Below, piece by piece: positions 18,895-28,916 of a DNA stretch of 64,000 nucleotides (position 1 is the first letter of the stretch; every line of letters starts with the position of its first letter). A model generated the notes under the pieces. The model searched no databases. It saw only the letters and a list, made by a program, of their open reading frames with translations, and was not told the origin of the DNA. A program made the translations under genes and the position numbers. Source of the DNA: a virus; the IMG/VR virus record IMGVR_UViG_3300050821_009780, positions 1-64,000 of that record. One strand, given 5' to 3'.

Positions 18895-20220
18895 TCAGGT
18901 CGGCATATCTGTTGGTGTGCCCGTGGCGGGAGTGGCGGGTGCGGCAGGCGGGGCAGGAGCAGGTGCCGCAGCGCCCGGTACCGGCTGCGCAGCGGAGACG
19001 GTGACGCCGCCCGGGTACGCGGCGGAGACGACGATCCCGGCCCCGTCGGCGGTCGGCGTGATCGGTGACGGCTGGCCGGTCAGCGCGGGGCAGCCCAGCA
19101 GCATCCAGGTGAGGCTGAACCGCCCGGCCAGCACCAGGGCCAGGCTGTTGCCGATCATGGCGAACCCCGGTGCGGGGAACTTGTTCTCGATCGCCGCGTC
19201 GGCGGCGAGCCGGACCGCGCCGGTGCGGGACAGCTCGCCGCACCAGGCGGCGGTGTCCTGGTCGTTGAGGGTGAACGGCTGGTCCACCTGGGCGCGGTAG
19301 AGGTCGTCGAGCGGGAGGTTCGGCACCCCGTTGCCGGCGGGCGCGACGAAATTGCCGTTGTTCGTGACGAACTCGTCGCTTCCGGGCACCAGCGCGACGG
19401 GCGCGGCCTGCCAGTAGGCCGCCTGCGCCTCCTGCAGCGCCCCGGACGGGCTGGTGGCCGCGCCGCTGACGGCAGGATCGAGGCTGGGCACCTGCCACTC
19501 GGCGCAGCCGAGCGCCTGCTGCAGGAAGTTCAGCAGATGTTCGTCTGAGCCGTTGGAGACCCCGTTATCGAAGGCGTAGGTGACCGGGACGTTGTCGGAC
19601 GGGTCCTGATCCACCACGGAGAAGTCGCGGGTGGTAGGGCAGGGCATGTGGTCGGCGGTGGACGTGCCGGGGGCGGGGACAGTGACCTGCCCGCGCTGCA
19701 CCGCCGCGTTCAGCGCCCGGAAGAACGGCACCGAACCGGCGTAGGACTGCTGGGCGAAGTTGACGAAGCTGCCCGCGCCTGGGCCGGTGAGCTTCAGCAC
19801 GTTGCCGTTGAACCCGGTCCAGATGCTGACGACATCCCCGTGGCGCAGCCTGGGCACGGGCGGGACGACGGGAGGCTGCTGCCCGGTGCTGACCACCACC
19901 GGGTCGTAGACGGACAGCTGCCCGGTGGACGGGCTGTAGACGGTCGCCTGCACGAACGCGGCGGTGCCCTGGTCCATCTCGCTGCACGCGGTGGCGGCCG
20001 AGCTGAGCACGTACGGGGTGGCCAGGCCCTCGGCCGACAGCGGATCGCGCGGGACGGTGAGGGTGCACTGGGGCGCGGCGGTCAGCGGCGCGGTCAGCGC
20101 GAAATCAGCGGTCGGCTGGCTTTGTCCGGGCTGGTCGGCGGAGGCGGCGCCGCCGAGCGCGGTCACGGCCAGGACGACGGCCGAGGCGAGCGCGGCGGTG
20201 CGCGCGGTTAGCCTGCTCAT
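18895..20220 (-). CDS. Secreted Cys-containing protein of unknown function (441 aa)
   Basis: Signal peptide; motifs CTLTVPRDPLSAEGLATPY, CPTTRDFSVVDQDPSDNV and NGSDEHLL; Pro/Ala-rich tail. Confidence 0.7.
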   Translation of the reverse strand: MSRLTARTAALASAVVLAVTALGGAASADQPGQSQPTADFALTAPLTAAPQCTLTVPRDPLSAEGLATPYVLSSAATACSEMDQGTAAFVQATVYSPSTGQLSVYDPVVVSTGQQPPVVPPVPRLRHGDVVSIWTGFNGNVLKLTGPGAGSFVNFAQQSYAGSVPFFRALNAAVQRGQVTVPAPGTSTADHMPCPTTRDFSVVDQDPSDNVPVTYAFDNGVSNGSDEHLLNFLQQALGCAEWQVPSLDPAVSGAATSPSGALQEAQAAYWQAAPVALVPGSDEFVTNNGNFVAPAGNGVPNLPLDDLYRAQVDQPFTLNDQDTAAWCGELSRTGAVRLAADAAIENKFPAPGFAMIGNSLALVLAGRFSLTWMLLGCPALTGQPSPITPTADGAGIVVSAAYPGGVTVSAAQPVPGAAAPAPAPPAAPATPATGTPTDMPT

Positions 20221-20227
20221 GGCCGGT

Positions 20228-20464
20228 TAAATCGGTGAAGTGCCCGGCGTTGGCCTGCCGGTAGTGCGCCAGCTCCGCCGGCAGGTCGGCCGCGTAGTAG
20301 ATGGCGTCAGACGGGCAGGCGGGCTCGCACGCCCCGCAGTCGATGCACGACTGCGGGTTGATGAACATCATGCTGGTGCCCTCGGCCAGGCAGTCCACCG
20401 GGCACACGTCCAGGCAGGAACGGTCCAGGCTGTCCGCGCAGGCGGCGGTCACCACATAGGTCAC
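20228..20464 (-). CDS. 7Fe/dicluster ferredoxin (FdxA-like)
   Basis: MTYVVTAAC..DRSCLDVCPVDC..CIDCGACEPACP. The domain ends at ...HFTD-TTA; the formal stop is at 20105. Confidence 0.85.
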
Positions 20465-20784
20465 GGGCCGGCGGGCGGGGCGGGCGGGGTCTCCAGCCCC
20501 TTCACCTGCTCGTCCACGGCCTGCAGGGCGGCGACGGCGGCGGTCAGCCCGGACGTGTCCACCGGCTGCCCGGCGGCGAGCTGGCCCTGAATAGCGGAAA
20601 CGGCGGCGACGAGGTCGGCGGTAACCGCCTGGATGGCGGAGATTGCCGACCTGATGTCATCCTGTGCAGCCATGAGCTTGCCTACTTTCTGGGAGAGTCC
20701 TGCGACCGCAGCCTGCAGGGCACCGACCTGCTTCGTCAGTGCCGTGATAGCCGGCTGCCACGGTGCCCACGTAAACGGCGACAT
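20461..20784 (-). CDS. Coiled-coil hypothetical protein
   Basis: ATG at 20784 follows a CCGATCA motif; heptad-rich Ala/Leu/Gln sequence. Confidence 0.6.
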   Translation of the reverse strand: MSPFTWAPWQPAITALTKQVGALQAAVAGLSQKVGKLMAAQDDIRSAISAIQAVTADLVAAVSAIQGQLAAGQPVDTSGLTAAVAALQAVDEQVKGLETPPAPPAGP

Positions 20785-21386
20785 GCCCTGGTGATCGGTG
20801 CAGTAGCACCATGCTCGTAGAGGTAGTTGATTCCTGCCTCCAGCACCTCGACGTTGTCGCGGGCATGGCCAATCATAAGGTTGCAATGCTTGCACAGCAG
20901 CCCCCGGAGCGCACCGCCCTCCTCATGGTCATGGTCGATGCAGAAATACTCATCCTCCTGACCGCTAAACCCACGCCACGGCTTGCTAGTACCGCAGATG
21001 GCACACTTGCCTTCTTGCTTCGCGAACTGCTCGGCGTACCACTCAGGAGTAGCCCCGATCTCAGCCCAGCGACGCTCACGGCTGTACTGACGCATGTGTG
21101 CACGACGAGCTTCCAGCTGCTCATCAGTGAGGCTGTCGCCCCAGTGCTGACCTGACGCCTTACGTTCACGCCTAAGTGCCCTATTGGCATCTCGGACCTT
21201 AACACGTACGTCCTGTGCATTCTCCGTACGATGCGCCTTCTTACGGTCACGGTCGCACGGCTTGCACCGCTCCATGATCCCGCGCTTACGGCTAGCGTCC
21301 TTGACTGACTCTTCCACCGGGAACTTCTCGTGGCAGTCCCGGCACACGAACGTCTCTCTGTTCTGCATTGAACGAGAATAGCACAC
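20736..21386 (-). mobile_element. Free-standing endonuclease VII-family homing endonuclease
   Basis: QEGKCAICG...IDHDH..GALRGLLCKHCNLMIG..DNVEVL..YL, with an N-terminal CxxC Zn module. Lower GC than the flanks. Confidence 0.85.
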
Positions 21387-21394
21387 TAGCGAAG

Positions 21395-21442
21395 GTAAAC
21401 ACCCACCAGATTATTTTCCCTGGTCAGCGCTTGGGTGTTTAC
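21395..21442 (-). terminator. Long hairpin GTAAACACCCA...TGGGTGTTTAC upstream of the endonuclease
   Basis: 11-bp outer stem plus an inner CCAG/CTGG pairing. Confidence 0.45.
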
Positions 21443-21444
21443 GA

Positions 21445-22188
21445 CTATAAGCTGAAAACGATCGTGGTCGAGAAGACCCAGCTCGCGCCTGATGCCTTCG
21501 TTCCAAGGCTGGAGATCTTGTGGTTGATCATGGACCGAAGCGTGGTGAACACATGCCCGGAGGCAAGTTGGGTACCTGCCGCGATAGTGGTCCCGGTCGC
21601 CCAGCACCACTCGTTCCAGGCGAAGTTGGCGTTGCCCGACGCGAACGTGCACTGATTGTTGATAGTGGCCGGACCGGTAATAGACGGGAACGTCGCATCC
21701 GACCCCTGGTAATAGGCATTGGCCGTGTTGTCGGAGCCGAGCGCGGTATCGGAGGTGGTCGCGGCGGTCGCAGTGGTGCCAACGCCGACGACGGTCTGCG
21801 TGGTGGTCATCGTGGTGGCAGAGCCGCCGCCTGTGCAGTAGTTGATGATCTGGGTGAGTCCGCCGTTGACGAGGATGTTGCCGTCGTCGTAGGCGTACCC
21901 GTCCTCCGGGCCCTCCGGGAACAGCTCGCGGAGCCAGTTGCCGTGCAGGTCGTGGACGTAGTGCGACTTCGCCTCACCGTGTGCACGGTGACTGCGCAGG
22001 GTGGCGACGGGGGCACCATCCCGCTCGCCTAGGGGGATGTGCTTCAGCAGGGGGAGGCGGCGCCAGCCGATCGCATCCGCCAGCTTCTTCTCCGCCCAGC
22101 TCGTCTGGTCGATCGAGTACTTCGAGATCGTGCTGTACGGGTGCCAGTGGATGTGCTCCGCGCACTCGCGGTCGATCAGGGCAGGCAT
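21445..22188 (-). CDS. Minor virion/tail protein
   Basis: GNILVNGG...VGVGT..TAA..SDTALG...TFASGNANFAWNEW...LGTKASG pattern, resembling phage tail-collar/baseplate-like proteins. Ends TTC AGC TTA TAG. Confidence 0.65.
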   Translation of the reverse strand: MPALIDRECAEHIHWHPYSTISKYSIDQTSWAEKKLADAIGWRRLPLLKHIPLGERDGAPVATLRSHRAHGEAKSHYVHDLHGNWLRELFPEGPEDGYAYDDGNILVNGGLTQIINYCTGGGSATTMTTTQTVVGVGTTATAATTSDTALGSDNTANAYYQGSDATFPSITGPATINNQCTFASGNANFAWNEWCWATGTTIAAGTQLASGHVFTTLRSMINHKISSLGTKASGASWVFSTTIVFSL

Positions 22189-22354
22189 GGGTCCTCCGGC
22201 GAGGTGAATGATGAATTCTCCTCGCAGGTAATCGGTCCCGCGGCGGCCCGGAGCTTGCGGTCCGGGGCATCTCGCTGGTACCAGTCGCGGAACCAGGCCG
22301 GGCGGCGGCCGAGGCAGCTCGCGAGCTGCAGCAGGGTGTCCAGCAGGCCGCACA

Positions 22355-22915
22355 TCACGTGATGGTCTCGCCGCCGTCGGTGCCCGCGACCGTCTCGCGA
22401 TCGGGGACGGCAGCGCTGGTCCAGTTGAACTCGGTGGCGGCGACGGCATCCCCCGCGACGCCGCCCAGCACGACGGGAGCCGAGCTGTCGGTGCCGGCCG
22501 CCGTCTCGAAGCCCAGCGCAGGCACCGGGTAAGTCATGGTGTCCTGAACGTTGTACTGGACGCCGGCGGACAGGCTGGTCCAGCCCACCGTCCGGGCGAC
22601 GATCACCAGGGCCTGGAGAGAGCCGAGGGTGAGCCCGGACATCGAGGCCATCACCGTCAGCACGGCGGTGACGGCGGCGGCGAAGGCCGCTTCGGCGGTG
22701 GCCTGATTGAAGGACCCGAAGCTGCCGGCGGGGGTGAAGGTGAAGGACACGCCCATCGTCGTCTGCTGCTGATCCCACAGCAGGGAAGTGCTCACCCCGG
22801 CACCGAAGTCCATCGAGGCGCCGGTGCCCGCGGTGAACTGCGGCTGCGGGAGCCGGGCGGTGTAGTAGAGCGAGCTGACCTGGAAATCGCGCAGCGGCGG
22901 GGGCGGGAAGCTCAT
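22355..22915 (-). CDS. Putative minor virion protein
   Basis: Coupled to the tail genes; C-terminal ETxAGTD repeats. Confidence 0.55.
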   Translation of the reverse strand: MSFPPPPLRDFQVSSLYYTARLPQPQFTAGTGASMDFGAGVSTSLLWDQQQTTMGVSFTFTPAGSFGSFNQATAEAAFAAAVTAVLTVMASMSGLTLGSLQALVIVARTVGWTSLSAGVQYNVQDTMTYPVPALGFETAAGTDSSAPVVLGGVAGDAVAATEFNWTSAAVPDRETVAGTDGGETIT

Positions 22916-23094
22916 TTCGGTGCGGGCCTCCCTCCGGGCGCTGGCGACTGCCTGAGTTTCTCCAGCTCGGCCCTGGCCGTCGCCAGCTCCTGCTCCAGCT
23001 GCTCCACCCCGGCGGAGAGCAGCGCGCTCTCCGCCATGAGATCGGCCATCCGGGTCTTCAGCTTGTCGATTACCCGCATGGGGTCAACGTTCAT
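22912..23094 (-). CDS. Short coiled-coil protein downstream of the tail fibre (possible chaperone)
   Basis: MNVDPMRVIDKLKTRMADLMAESALLSAGVEQLEQEL; SD GGAAGGGAAG. Confidence 0.55.
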   Translation of the reverse strand: MNVDPMRVIDKLKTRMADLMAESALLSAGVEQLEQELATARAELEKLRQSPAPGGRPAPK

Positions 23095-23119
23095 TCCCGC
23101 CTGCTTCCCTTCCGTAAAA

Positions 23120-26100
23120 TCACGTCGTGCCCAGCGCCGCCGCGATGGCGTTGATGACGTGGAGCACGTTGTTCCCGTAGGCCGTGCCGTCGGCAATCGG
23201 GGCCCCGGCGATGGCGGGGGCCTTGAACCCGCCGTCGGCCTCGCAGATCCCGGTGACGTGGAGGGAATCGAACCCGTCGATGCCGCCGGCGCCGCCGAGG
23301 CCGCCGTCGAACTCCCCGCTGCCGGTGAAGTGGCAGGAGACGAACCCGGTGACGGTGCCGCCCGCGCCGTCCCCGCTGATGCTGGAGTTCACGTAGAGGG
23401 TGCTGTTCAGCGTGGTGCTGCCGGTGACGGTGAGGCCTCCCGAGCAGGTGACGCTATCAATGCTGAGGTTCCCCGAGCAGGAAATGGAATCGCCGACGGT
23501 GATGGTGCCGCCGGTGCCGAACAGCGACGCGGTCACGTGCACGCCGCCGGAATCCCAGTAGGCGGAGTAGCTGGACGAGTTGTAGTACATGCCGACGGCG
23601 GTCCCCGACTGCGGGTAAACCCCGTTGGTCTCCACGAGCCCGTCGAACCGGCCGACGCCCGAGGTGTGGATGGACGCGGCGCTGACGCCCACCCCGGAGG
23701 CGAACGTGCCGGTGGCGAACTGGGCCGAGCTGTTGATCACCGAGGTGGAGCCGACCTGGACGCCGCCGTTGAACTGGCCGTAGCCGTCGGTCAGCAGCGC
23801 CAGGGAGCCCGAGCTTCCGAAGTGCGCCGACACGGCGCTGACGCCCACCGTCGGCGCGAACACGCCGGTAGCCAGCTGGGCGGAGCTGTTGACCACGGAG
23901 GTGGAGCCGACCTGGACGCCGCCGTCGAACTCCCCGATGCCGCTGGTGTGGATGGAGGTGAACCCGCTGATGCCGCCCGTGGAGTTCCCGCCGATGCCCC
24001 CGTTGACGGTCAGGGTGCCATCTACCTGCCCGTTCCCGCTGACGTGGAAGGACGCGGCGGTGATGCCCACCCCGGTGGCGAACACCCCGACGGCGAACTG
24101 GGCGGAGCCGTTGATCACCGTCGTGGAATCTACCTGCACGCCGTTGTCGAACTCGCCGATGCCGCTGGTGTGGATGGCCGCGGCGCCGATGCCCCCGGTG
24201 ACGCTGACGCCCCCGGCGGTCCACGACAGCACCGCAGAGCCGCCGCTGGTCAGGGTGCCGATGCCGGGGTTCGCGCCGTTGGCGGTCGCGCTGCTCAGGG
24301 TGACCGTCATCGCGGTGCTGTCGTAGGTGGACGCCGGGCCGCGGAGGATGGTCTGCATGTACTCGGTCGCCGTGTTGGGGTTGACCGTGTGGCTGACCAC
24401 CTGGCCGGAGGCGTTCTCGCTGCCGGCCCCGGTGATCATGTTGAAGACCGGGTCGAAGGCGGTGGACGACAGCTGCGCGGTGGCCGGCCCGGTGCCGCCG
24501 GGCGGGGTGTACCCGTACGCGGTGATGCCGTTCAGGTAGGGGTTGGTGTGCGGATCGGTGCCCGAGGTGGGGGTAATGGAGATAGCCAGGTCGCCGGCGG
24601 CGGGGGTGCTGCTGTAGAAGAACTCCCCGGCGGCGTTCTCCAGCCAGTTGGTGCCCACGAAGGTGGAGCCGCTGAACGTGGCGGCGGTGACCGTGGTGGC
24701 ATCGATGATGCCAGCCACCACGATGCCGGACACCAGCCGGTCAGCGGTAACGGACCCGGCAACGATGCTGGCGCCCTCGATGGTGCCGGCCTCGATGATC
24801 CCGCCGTTGACCGGGCTGAAGAGGCGCACCTCGGTGGCGTACAGCACGGTGCCGTTGGGCGGGACGGACGGCAGGGTGCAGAAGACCAGCCCGGAGACGG
24901 TCCCGGCAGGGGCCAGGGAAAGGGTGCTGATCTGCGTCCACGCGCTGGCGGTGACGGTGTTGGTGGTGCTTCCGGCACCGAGCGAGGCACCGGTGGCGTC
25001 GTACCAGTCGATGCCGACCCCGACGGAGGTCATCGCGGTGAACACCCACGCGGTGACCAGGTAGTACTGCCCGGCGGTGACCGGGAACTTCGCGGTGCCG
25101 TAGAAGGACGGCCCGGCGGAGGTGCCGTCGGTGACGATCTCGACGGCGGACGGGAACGGGGCGCCGGCGGGCGGGCTGGTGGTGCCGGAGATGGTGCTGC
25201 CGTAGGAGTCCCACCCGGTGGTGTCCCCGCCGGCGAAGTAGACGTTCTGGTTGACCAGGTTGCCGACCGCCAGCAGGTCGGCGCTGATGGTCCGGGCGGC
25301 AATCTGCCCGGCGGTGATGGTGTTCGCGGCGATCTGCGACGCGGTGATGGTGTTCGCGGCGATCTGCGACGCGGTGACGGACAGCGCCGCAATCGCGTTG
25401 GTGCCGAACTGGTAGGGCACCCAGGCGGCACCGTTCCACTGCTTCAGCTCGTTGCCGTTGGACCCGTCGTACCACAGGTCGTTGAGGTGCGGGCTGCCCG
25501 GCGCGAAGCTGGAGAAGGTGGCGTTGGCGACGGTGAACGACAGCTGGCCCTGGCCGATGGACCCGGCGGGGATGTTCTGCGTGACGCTGGTCGGGCTGCC
25601 GGCCTGCTGCGCGCTGGGCGGGGACAGGATGCCGGCGTCGTTCTCCGCCAGCAGCACGATGTAGTAGGCGGTCCCGGAGTTCAGCTGCATGATGGTGATG
25701 TTGCCGGGCCGGGACAGGGTGGCCTGCAGCGTGGCGGCGGACGGGGTGAACCCGCTGGTGGTGGAGGCGTGCACCTGGACGTGCAGGAAATCGAGCATCG
25801 GCTCGCTGCCGAGCCCGAAGCCGGTGCCGCCGAGCAACCCGTCCCAGGCGACGTTGACGCCGAGGAGGGTGCTGGAGACCAGCGGCGGGTCGGGAGCGAG
25901 CGGCGGCGGCGAGTTGTAGCTGCGGGTGGTAATGCTGCCGTCGCCCTGCGTGCCGGAGATGATCCTGGTGGTGCCAGACCCGTCCATGATGGCGGTGCCG
26001 CCGGGGCCGACCACGGTGGTGCCGCCGGTCGCCGTGGAGCTGCTGCCGAACGCGGAGTTGTAGATGTAGAAGTCGGTGACGCACAGCGGGTTGCCGACCA

Positions 26101-28744
26101 CGGCGGTGTACGGCCCGATGAACAGGTTGCCCTGGGTGGCCCCGGCCGGGGCGGTGACCCCGAGGGTGAGCTGCTGCCAGGCGGACGCCGCGACGGTGCC
26201 GGGCACCGTGACGGTGCTGAGGAACTGGCCGTGCGCGTTGTACCAGTCCACCCGGCTGGTGACGCGCATATCGGACTGGGCGGCGAGGTAGACGTAGGCG
26301 GTGACGCCGTAGGCGGTGCCCGGCACCAGCCCGGAGACGGTCGGGACCCCCGCCGACACCTGCGTGGTGAGGTAGACGTTGGCCGCCGGCCCGGAGGGGT
26401 TCAGGAAGGCGGCGTAGGCGGCGGGGACGCCCGCCGGGGCGGAGCCGGCCGGGACCACCGCCAGGGTGCCGTTCTGCGCCGCCCAGCCCGAGGAGGAGCC
26501 GCCCGGGAACGCGTAGTTTGCGTTGAGCGGGCCGGGGCTGCTGGCCGCCGCGCTGACGGACACCCCGCCGGGGCCGACCACGGTGGCCCCGCCGAACCCG
26601 CCGATGCCCAGGTTGACGACCTCCCCGGAGACCGGGTCCACCGACCCGGCGGGCACCCACTGGCCGGTCAGCGAGTTGTACACCATCGGGGCGCCGGTGC
26701 CCCCGGAGGTGCCCAGGTAGCCGTAGGTCTCGGTGAACACGGTCGGGGTGACGTTGGAGCTGGCGTTGTCCGCGACCGCCGTGGTGCCGGGGGCGGCGAC
26801 GAACCCGCCGCCCATCTTGGTCTGGATGTAGGTGAGCCGCTGCTGCAGCCACTGCAGGTAGGAGACGAGCACCAGCTCGTGCGTCTCGACGCCGTTGGAG
26901 TCGATGCTGACGGTGATGCCGACCACCCGCACCGCGTCCACGGCGGTGTAGTCCGGGCGCTCCAGGCCGACCCAGTCCCCGACGTTGAAGTCGCGGAAGA
27001 CGGTGCGGCCCGGCTGGTTCGGGGTGATCTGCAGGGTCCAGGTGAGGATCTCGTCGGCGTTGGCCTCGACGGCGGCCTCGGCGACGACCTCCAGATCCAG
27101 CTCGGTCACCTGGGCGGCGGCCTGCACCCACGCCTCGCGCTGCTTCCACTCGCTGATGGAGGTGGAATCGCTGGCGACGATGGTGCGCCCGTCGGCGTTG
27201 ATGGCGGCGACCAGGTTGGCTATCTGGTTGCGGGCGCGCTGCCGCTGCTTGGCGGTCTCCCCGCCGGCCTCGTAGAACCGCACGTAGGCGCTGCGGTCGT
27301 AGCCGAGGGTGACGTTGGTTTGGTTGGGGGTGACGGGGGCCGGGATGCCGATCAGCAGCTCGAACCCGGGGGTCATCATCCAATCCGCGTCGATGGTGGC
27401 GGCCTGCCCCTGCAGCAGCGCGTACAGGGTGGTGCCGTTCTGGATCTGCACCGAGACGCTGTCGGTCCACGGGCTGCCGTAGCTGTCGTGGGCGGTGGTC
27501 GCCTTGGTGCCGACCCAGGGGATGGTGCCGCGGGCCTTGGCGGCGGCCAGGGTCTGCAGCCACGTGCTCATGACGGGGGTGTTCAGGTAGACGGGGCCGC
27601 CGAGCGAGCTGACCACCTCGGCGGAGTTGATGCTGGTGACGGTGGCGTACTCGGTGGTGGTGCCGCCGTAGGCGGCGGCGAAGTACGCCCCGACGGAGCT
27701 GGGCGTCCACTCGGCGGTGACCGTCCACACCTTGGTCCAGGTCTGCCCGTCGGGGCTGGTCCAGAAGCTGAAGACGCCGCCGGCCTCGGTGATCTGCCAG
27801 TTGCTGTAGTTGCTGGTGGAGCCCTGCACGGACGTGTACTGCGCGGCGGAGGCGATGGTGTGGGCGATGGTGGCGTTGGGGCCCTTGTACTGCGCGTAGA
27901 AGCTGCTGCCGCTCAGCCCCATCATCACGTAGTAGCCGGAGCCGGAGGTGTCCTCCAGGTACATCTGGGTGACCTGGCTGCCGTTGAGCACCTTGTTCAG
28001 CGCATCGGGGCTGATGATGGGCGTCACCTGGGCGGAGAACACCGACTGGGTCAGGTCCCAGGCGGTGGAGCCGAGCACGGTGCCGCCGCTGGTGGCCTTG
28101 AGCTGCACCGACCCGGCGGGGTTGATGGACACCGGCCCGCTGATGGCGTTCCACAGCCCGGTGTCGATGACGTAGTTCCCGTTGACGTCTACCTCGTCGA
28201 AGCTGTCCACCAGCGCGTCGGTCTTGTAGACGATGCTGATGGGGAAGCCGGTCGGCATGGCCGACGCCCAGCCGAGCATCGCGCTGGTATCGGGTCCGGT
28301 GGTGGTAGCCAGCCGCTGCTCGCCCTGCTGGACGAGCTGCTCGGTGACGGTCTCCCCGAGCCACTCGAACCGCAGCACGCCGTCCTGCCACACCTGCCAG
28401 CAGTGCTCGGCGTCGAACAGGTAGTGCGCGGGGTGGGTGCCGGCCGAGTCGGTGACGGTGGTGGTCTTCCACCACGGGTCGTCCAGGGCCAGCACGAGGG
28501 TACCGGACCCCTGGGTGCCCTCCGCCTCGCTGTTGAGCATGACGGAGAAGGTGTTGCTGTTCCACAGCCGGTGCGGCACCCAGCACAGCACGGTGCTGTA
28601 GTCCACGGCGCTGATGACGCGCATCTCCCAGCCGGTGCCTGGGGTGGGCGGGGGCGGGCCCAGCGGGCCGCCGGGAGCTCCGGGGGTGCCGGGCTTCAGG
28701 ACGCAGGTGCCGAATGCCTCGGGAATCAGGGACTTAATGGGCAC
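23120..28744 (-). CDS. Large tail hub / central fibre (receptor-binding) protein, 1874 aa
   Basis: Follows Dit. It has an N-terminal hub-like region, lectin/CBM-like and FN3-like modules, ITASQIAANT repeats and C-terminal Gly-rich beta repeats (IHTSGIGEFDxGVQV). Confidence 0.8.
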   Translation of the reverse strand: MPIKSLIPEAFGTCVLKPGTPGAPGGPLGPPPPTPGTGWEMRVISAVDYSTVLCWVPHRLWNSNTFSVMLNSEAEGTQGSGTLVLALDDPWWKTTTVTDSAGTHPAHYLFDAEHCWQVWQDGVLRFEWLGETVTEQLVQQGEQRLATTTGPDTSAMLGWASAMPTGFPISIVYKTDALVDSFDEVDVNGNYVIDTGLWNAISGPVSINPAGSVQLKATSGGTVLGSTAWDLTQSVFSAQVTPIISPDALNKVLNGSQVTQMYLEDTSGSGYYVMMGLSGSSFYAQYKGPNATIAHTIASAAQYTSVQGSTSNYSNWQITEAGGVFSFWTSPDGQTWTKVWTVTAEWTPSSVGAYFAAAYGGTTTEYATVTSINSAEVVSSLGGPVYLNTPVMSTWLQTLAAAKARGTIPWVGTKATTAHDSYGSPWTDSVSVQIQNGTTLYALLQGQAATIDADWMMTPGFELLIGIPAPVTPNQTNVTLGYDRSAYVRFYEAGGETAKQRQRARNQIANLVAAINADGRTIVASDSTSISEWKQREAWVQAAAQVTELDLEVVAEAAVEANADEILTWTLQITPNQPGRTVFRDFNVGDWVGLERPDYTAVDAVRVVGITVSIDSNGVETHELVLVSYLQWLQQRLTYIQTKMGGGFVAAPGTTAVADNASSNVTPTVFTETYGYLGTSGGTGAPMVYNSLTGQWVPAGSVDPVSGEVVNLGIGGFGGATVVGPGGVSVSAAASSPGPLNANYAFPGGSSSGWAAQNGTLAVVPAGSAPAGVPAAYAAFLNPSGPAANVYLTTQVSAGVPTVSGLVPGTAYGVTAYVYLAAQSDMRVTSRVDWYNAHGQFLSTVTVPGTVAASAWQQLTLGVTAPAGATQGNLFIGPYTAVVGNPLCVTDFYIYNSAFGSSSTATGGTTVVGPGGTAIMDGSGTTRIISGTQGDGSITTRSYNSPPPLAPDPPLVSSTLLGVNVAWDGLLGGTGFGLGSEPMLDFLHVQVHASTTSGFTPSAATLQATLSRPGNITIMQLNSGTAYYIVLLAENDAGILSPPSAQQAGSPTSVTQNIPAGSIGQGQLSFTVANATFSSFAPGSPHLNDLWYDGSNGNELKQWNGAAWVPYQFGTNAIAALSVTASQIAANTITASQIAANTITAGQIAARTISADLLAVGNLVNQNVYFAGGDTTGWDSYGSTISGTTSPPAGAPFPSAVEIVTDGTSAGPSFYGTAKFPVTAGQYYLVTAWVFTAMTSVGVGIDWYDATGASLGAGSTTNTVTASAWTQISTLSLAPAGTVSGLVFCTLPSVPPNGTVLYATEVRLFSPVNGGIIEAGTIEGASIVAGSVTADRLVSGIVVAGIIDATTVTAATFSGSTFVGTNWLENAAGEFFYSSTPAAGDLAISITPTSGTDPHTNPYLNGITAYGYTPPGGTGPATAQLSSTAFDPVFNMITGAGSENASGQVVSHTVNPNTATEYMQTILRGPASTYDSTAMTVTLSSATANGANPGIGTLTSGGSAVLSWTAGGVSVTGGIGAAAIHTSGIGEFDNGVQVDSTTVINGSAQFAVGVFATGVGITAASFHVSGNGQVDGTLTVNGGIGGNSTGGISGFTSIHTSGIGEFDGGVQVGSTSVVNSSAQLATGVFAPTVGVSAVSAHFGSSGSLALLTDGYGQFNGGVQVGSTSVINSSAQFATGTFASGVGVSAASIHTSGVGRFDGLVETNGVYPQSGTAVGMYYNSSSYSAYWDSGGVHVTASLFGTGGTITVGDSISCSGNLSIDSVTCSGGLTVTGSTTLNSTLYVNSSISGDGAGGTVTGFVSCHFTGSGEFDGGLGGAGGIDGFDSLHVTGICEADGGFKAPAIAGAPIADGTAYGNNVLHVINAIAAALGTT

Positions 28745-28916
28745 GCCGCATCACCGCCCCGGTCGGCACCTTGTTGCGCTGCTGCGGCCCCGGCTCGGGG
28801 TGCGGGAGCGGCGGCGGGGCGGCGGGGTACGGGATGTGGTCCCGCCCGGTGTGCAGCCGGGCGAATCCCTCGGTGCCGACAGCCGTGTCGCTGTCGCTGA
28901 CGGTGCGGCGGGCCAC

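Noticed and set aside
23120-24200. Diversity-generating retroelement target in the tail fibre C-terminal repeats
   Set aside because: No reverse transcriptase is present, and the repeats are in-frame protein repeats rather than an adenine-specific TR/VR pair.
24741-28586. 1281-aa alternative-frame ORF inside the tail hub gene
   Set aside because: An Arg/His/Pro-rich off-frame product expected from GC3 bias.
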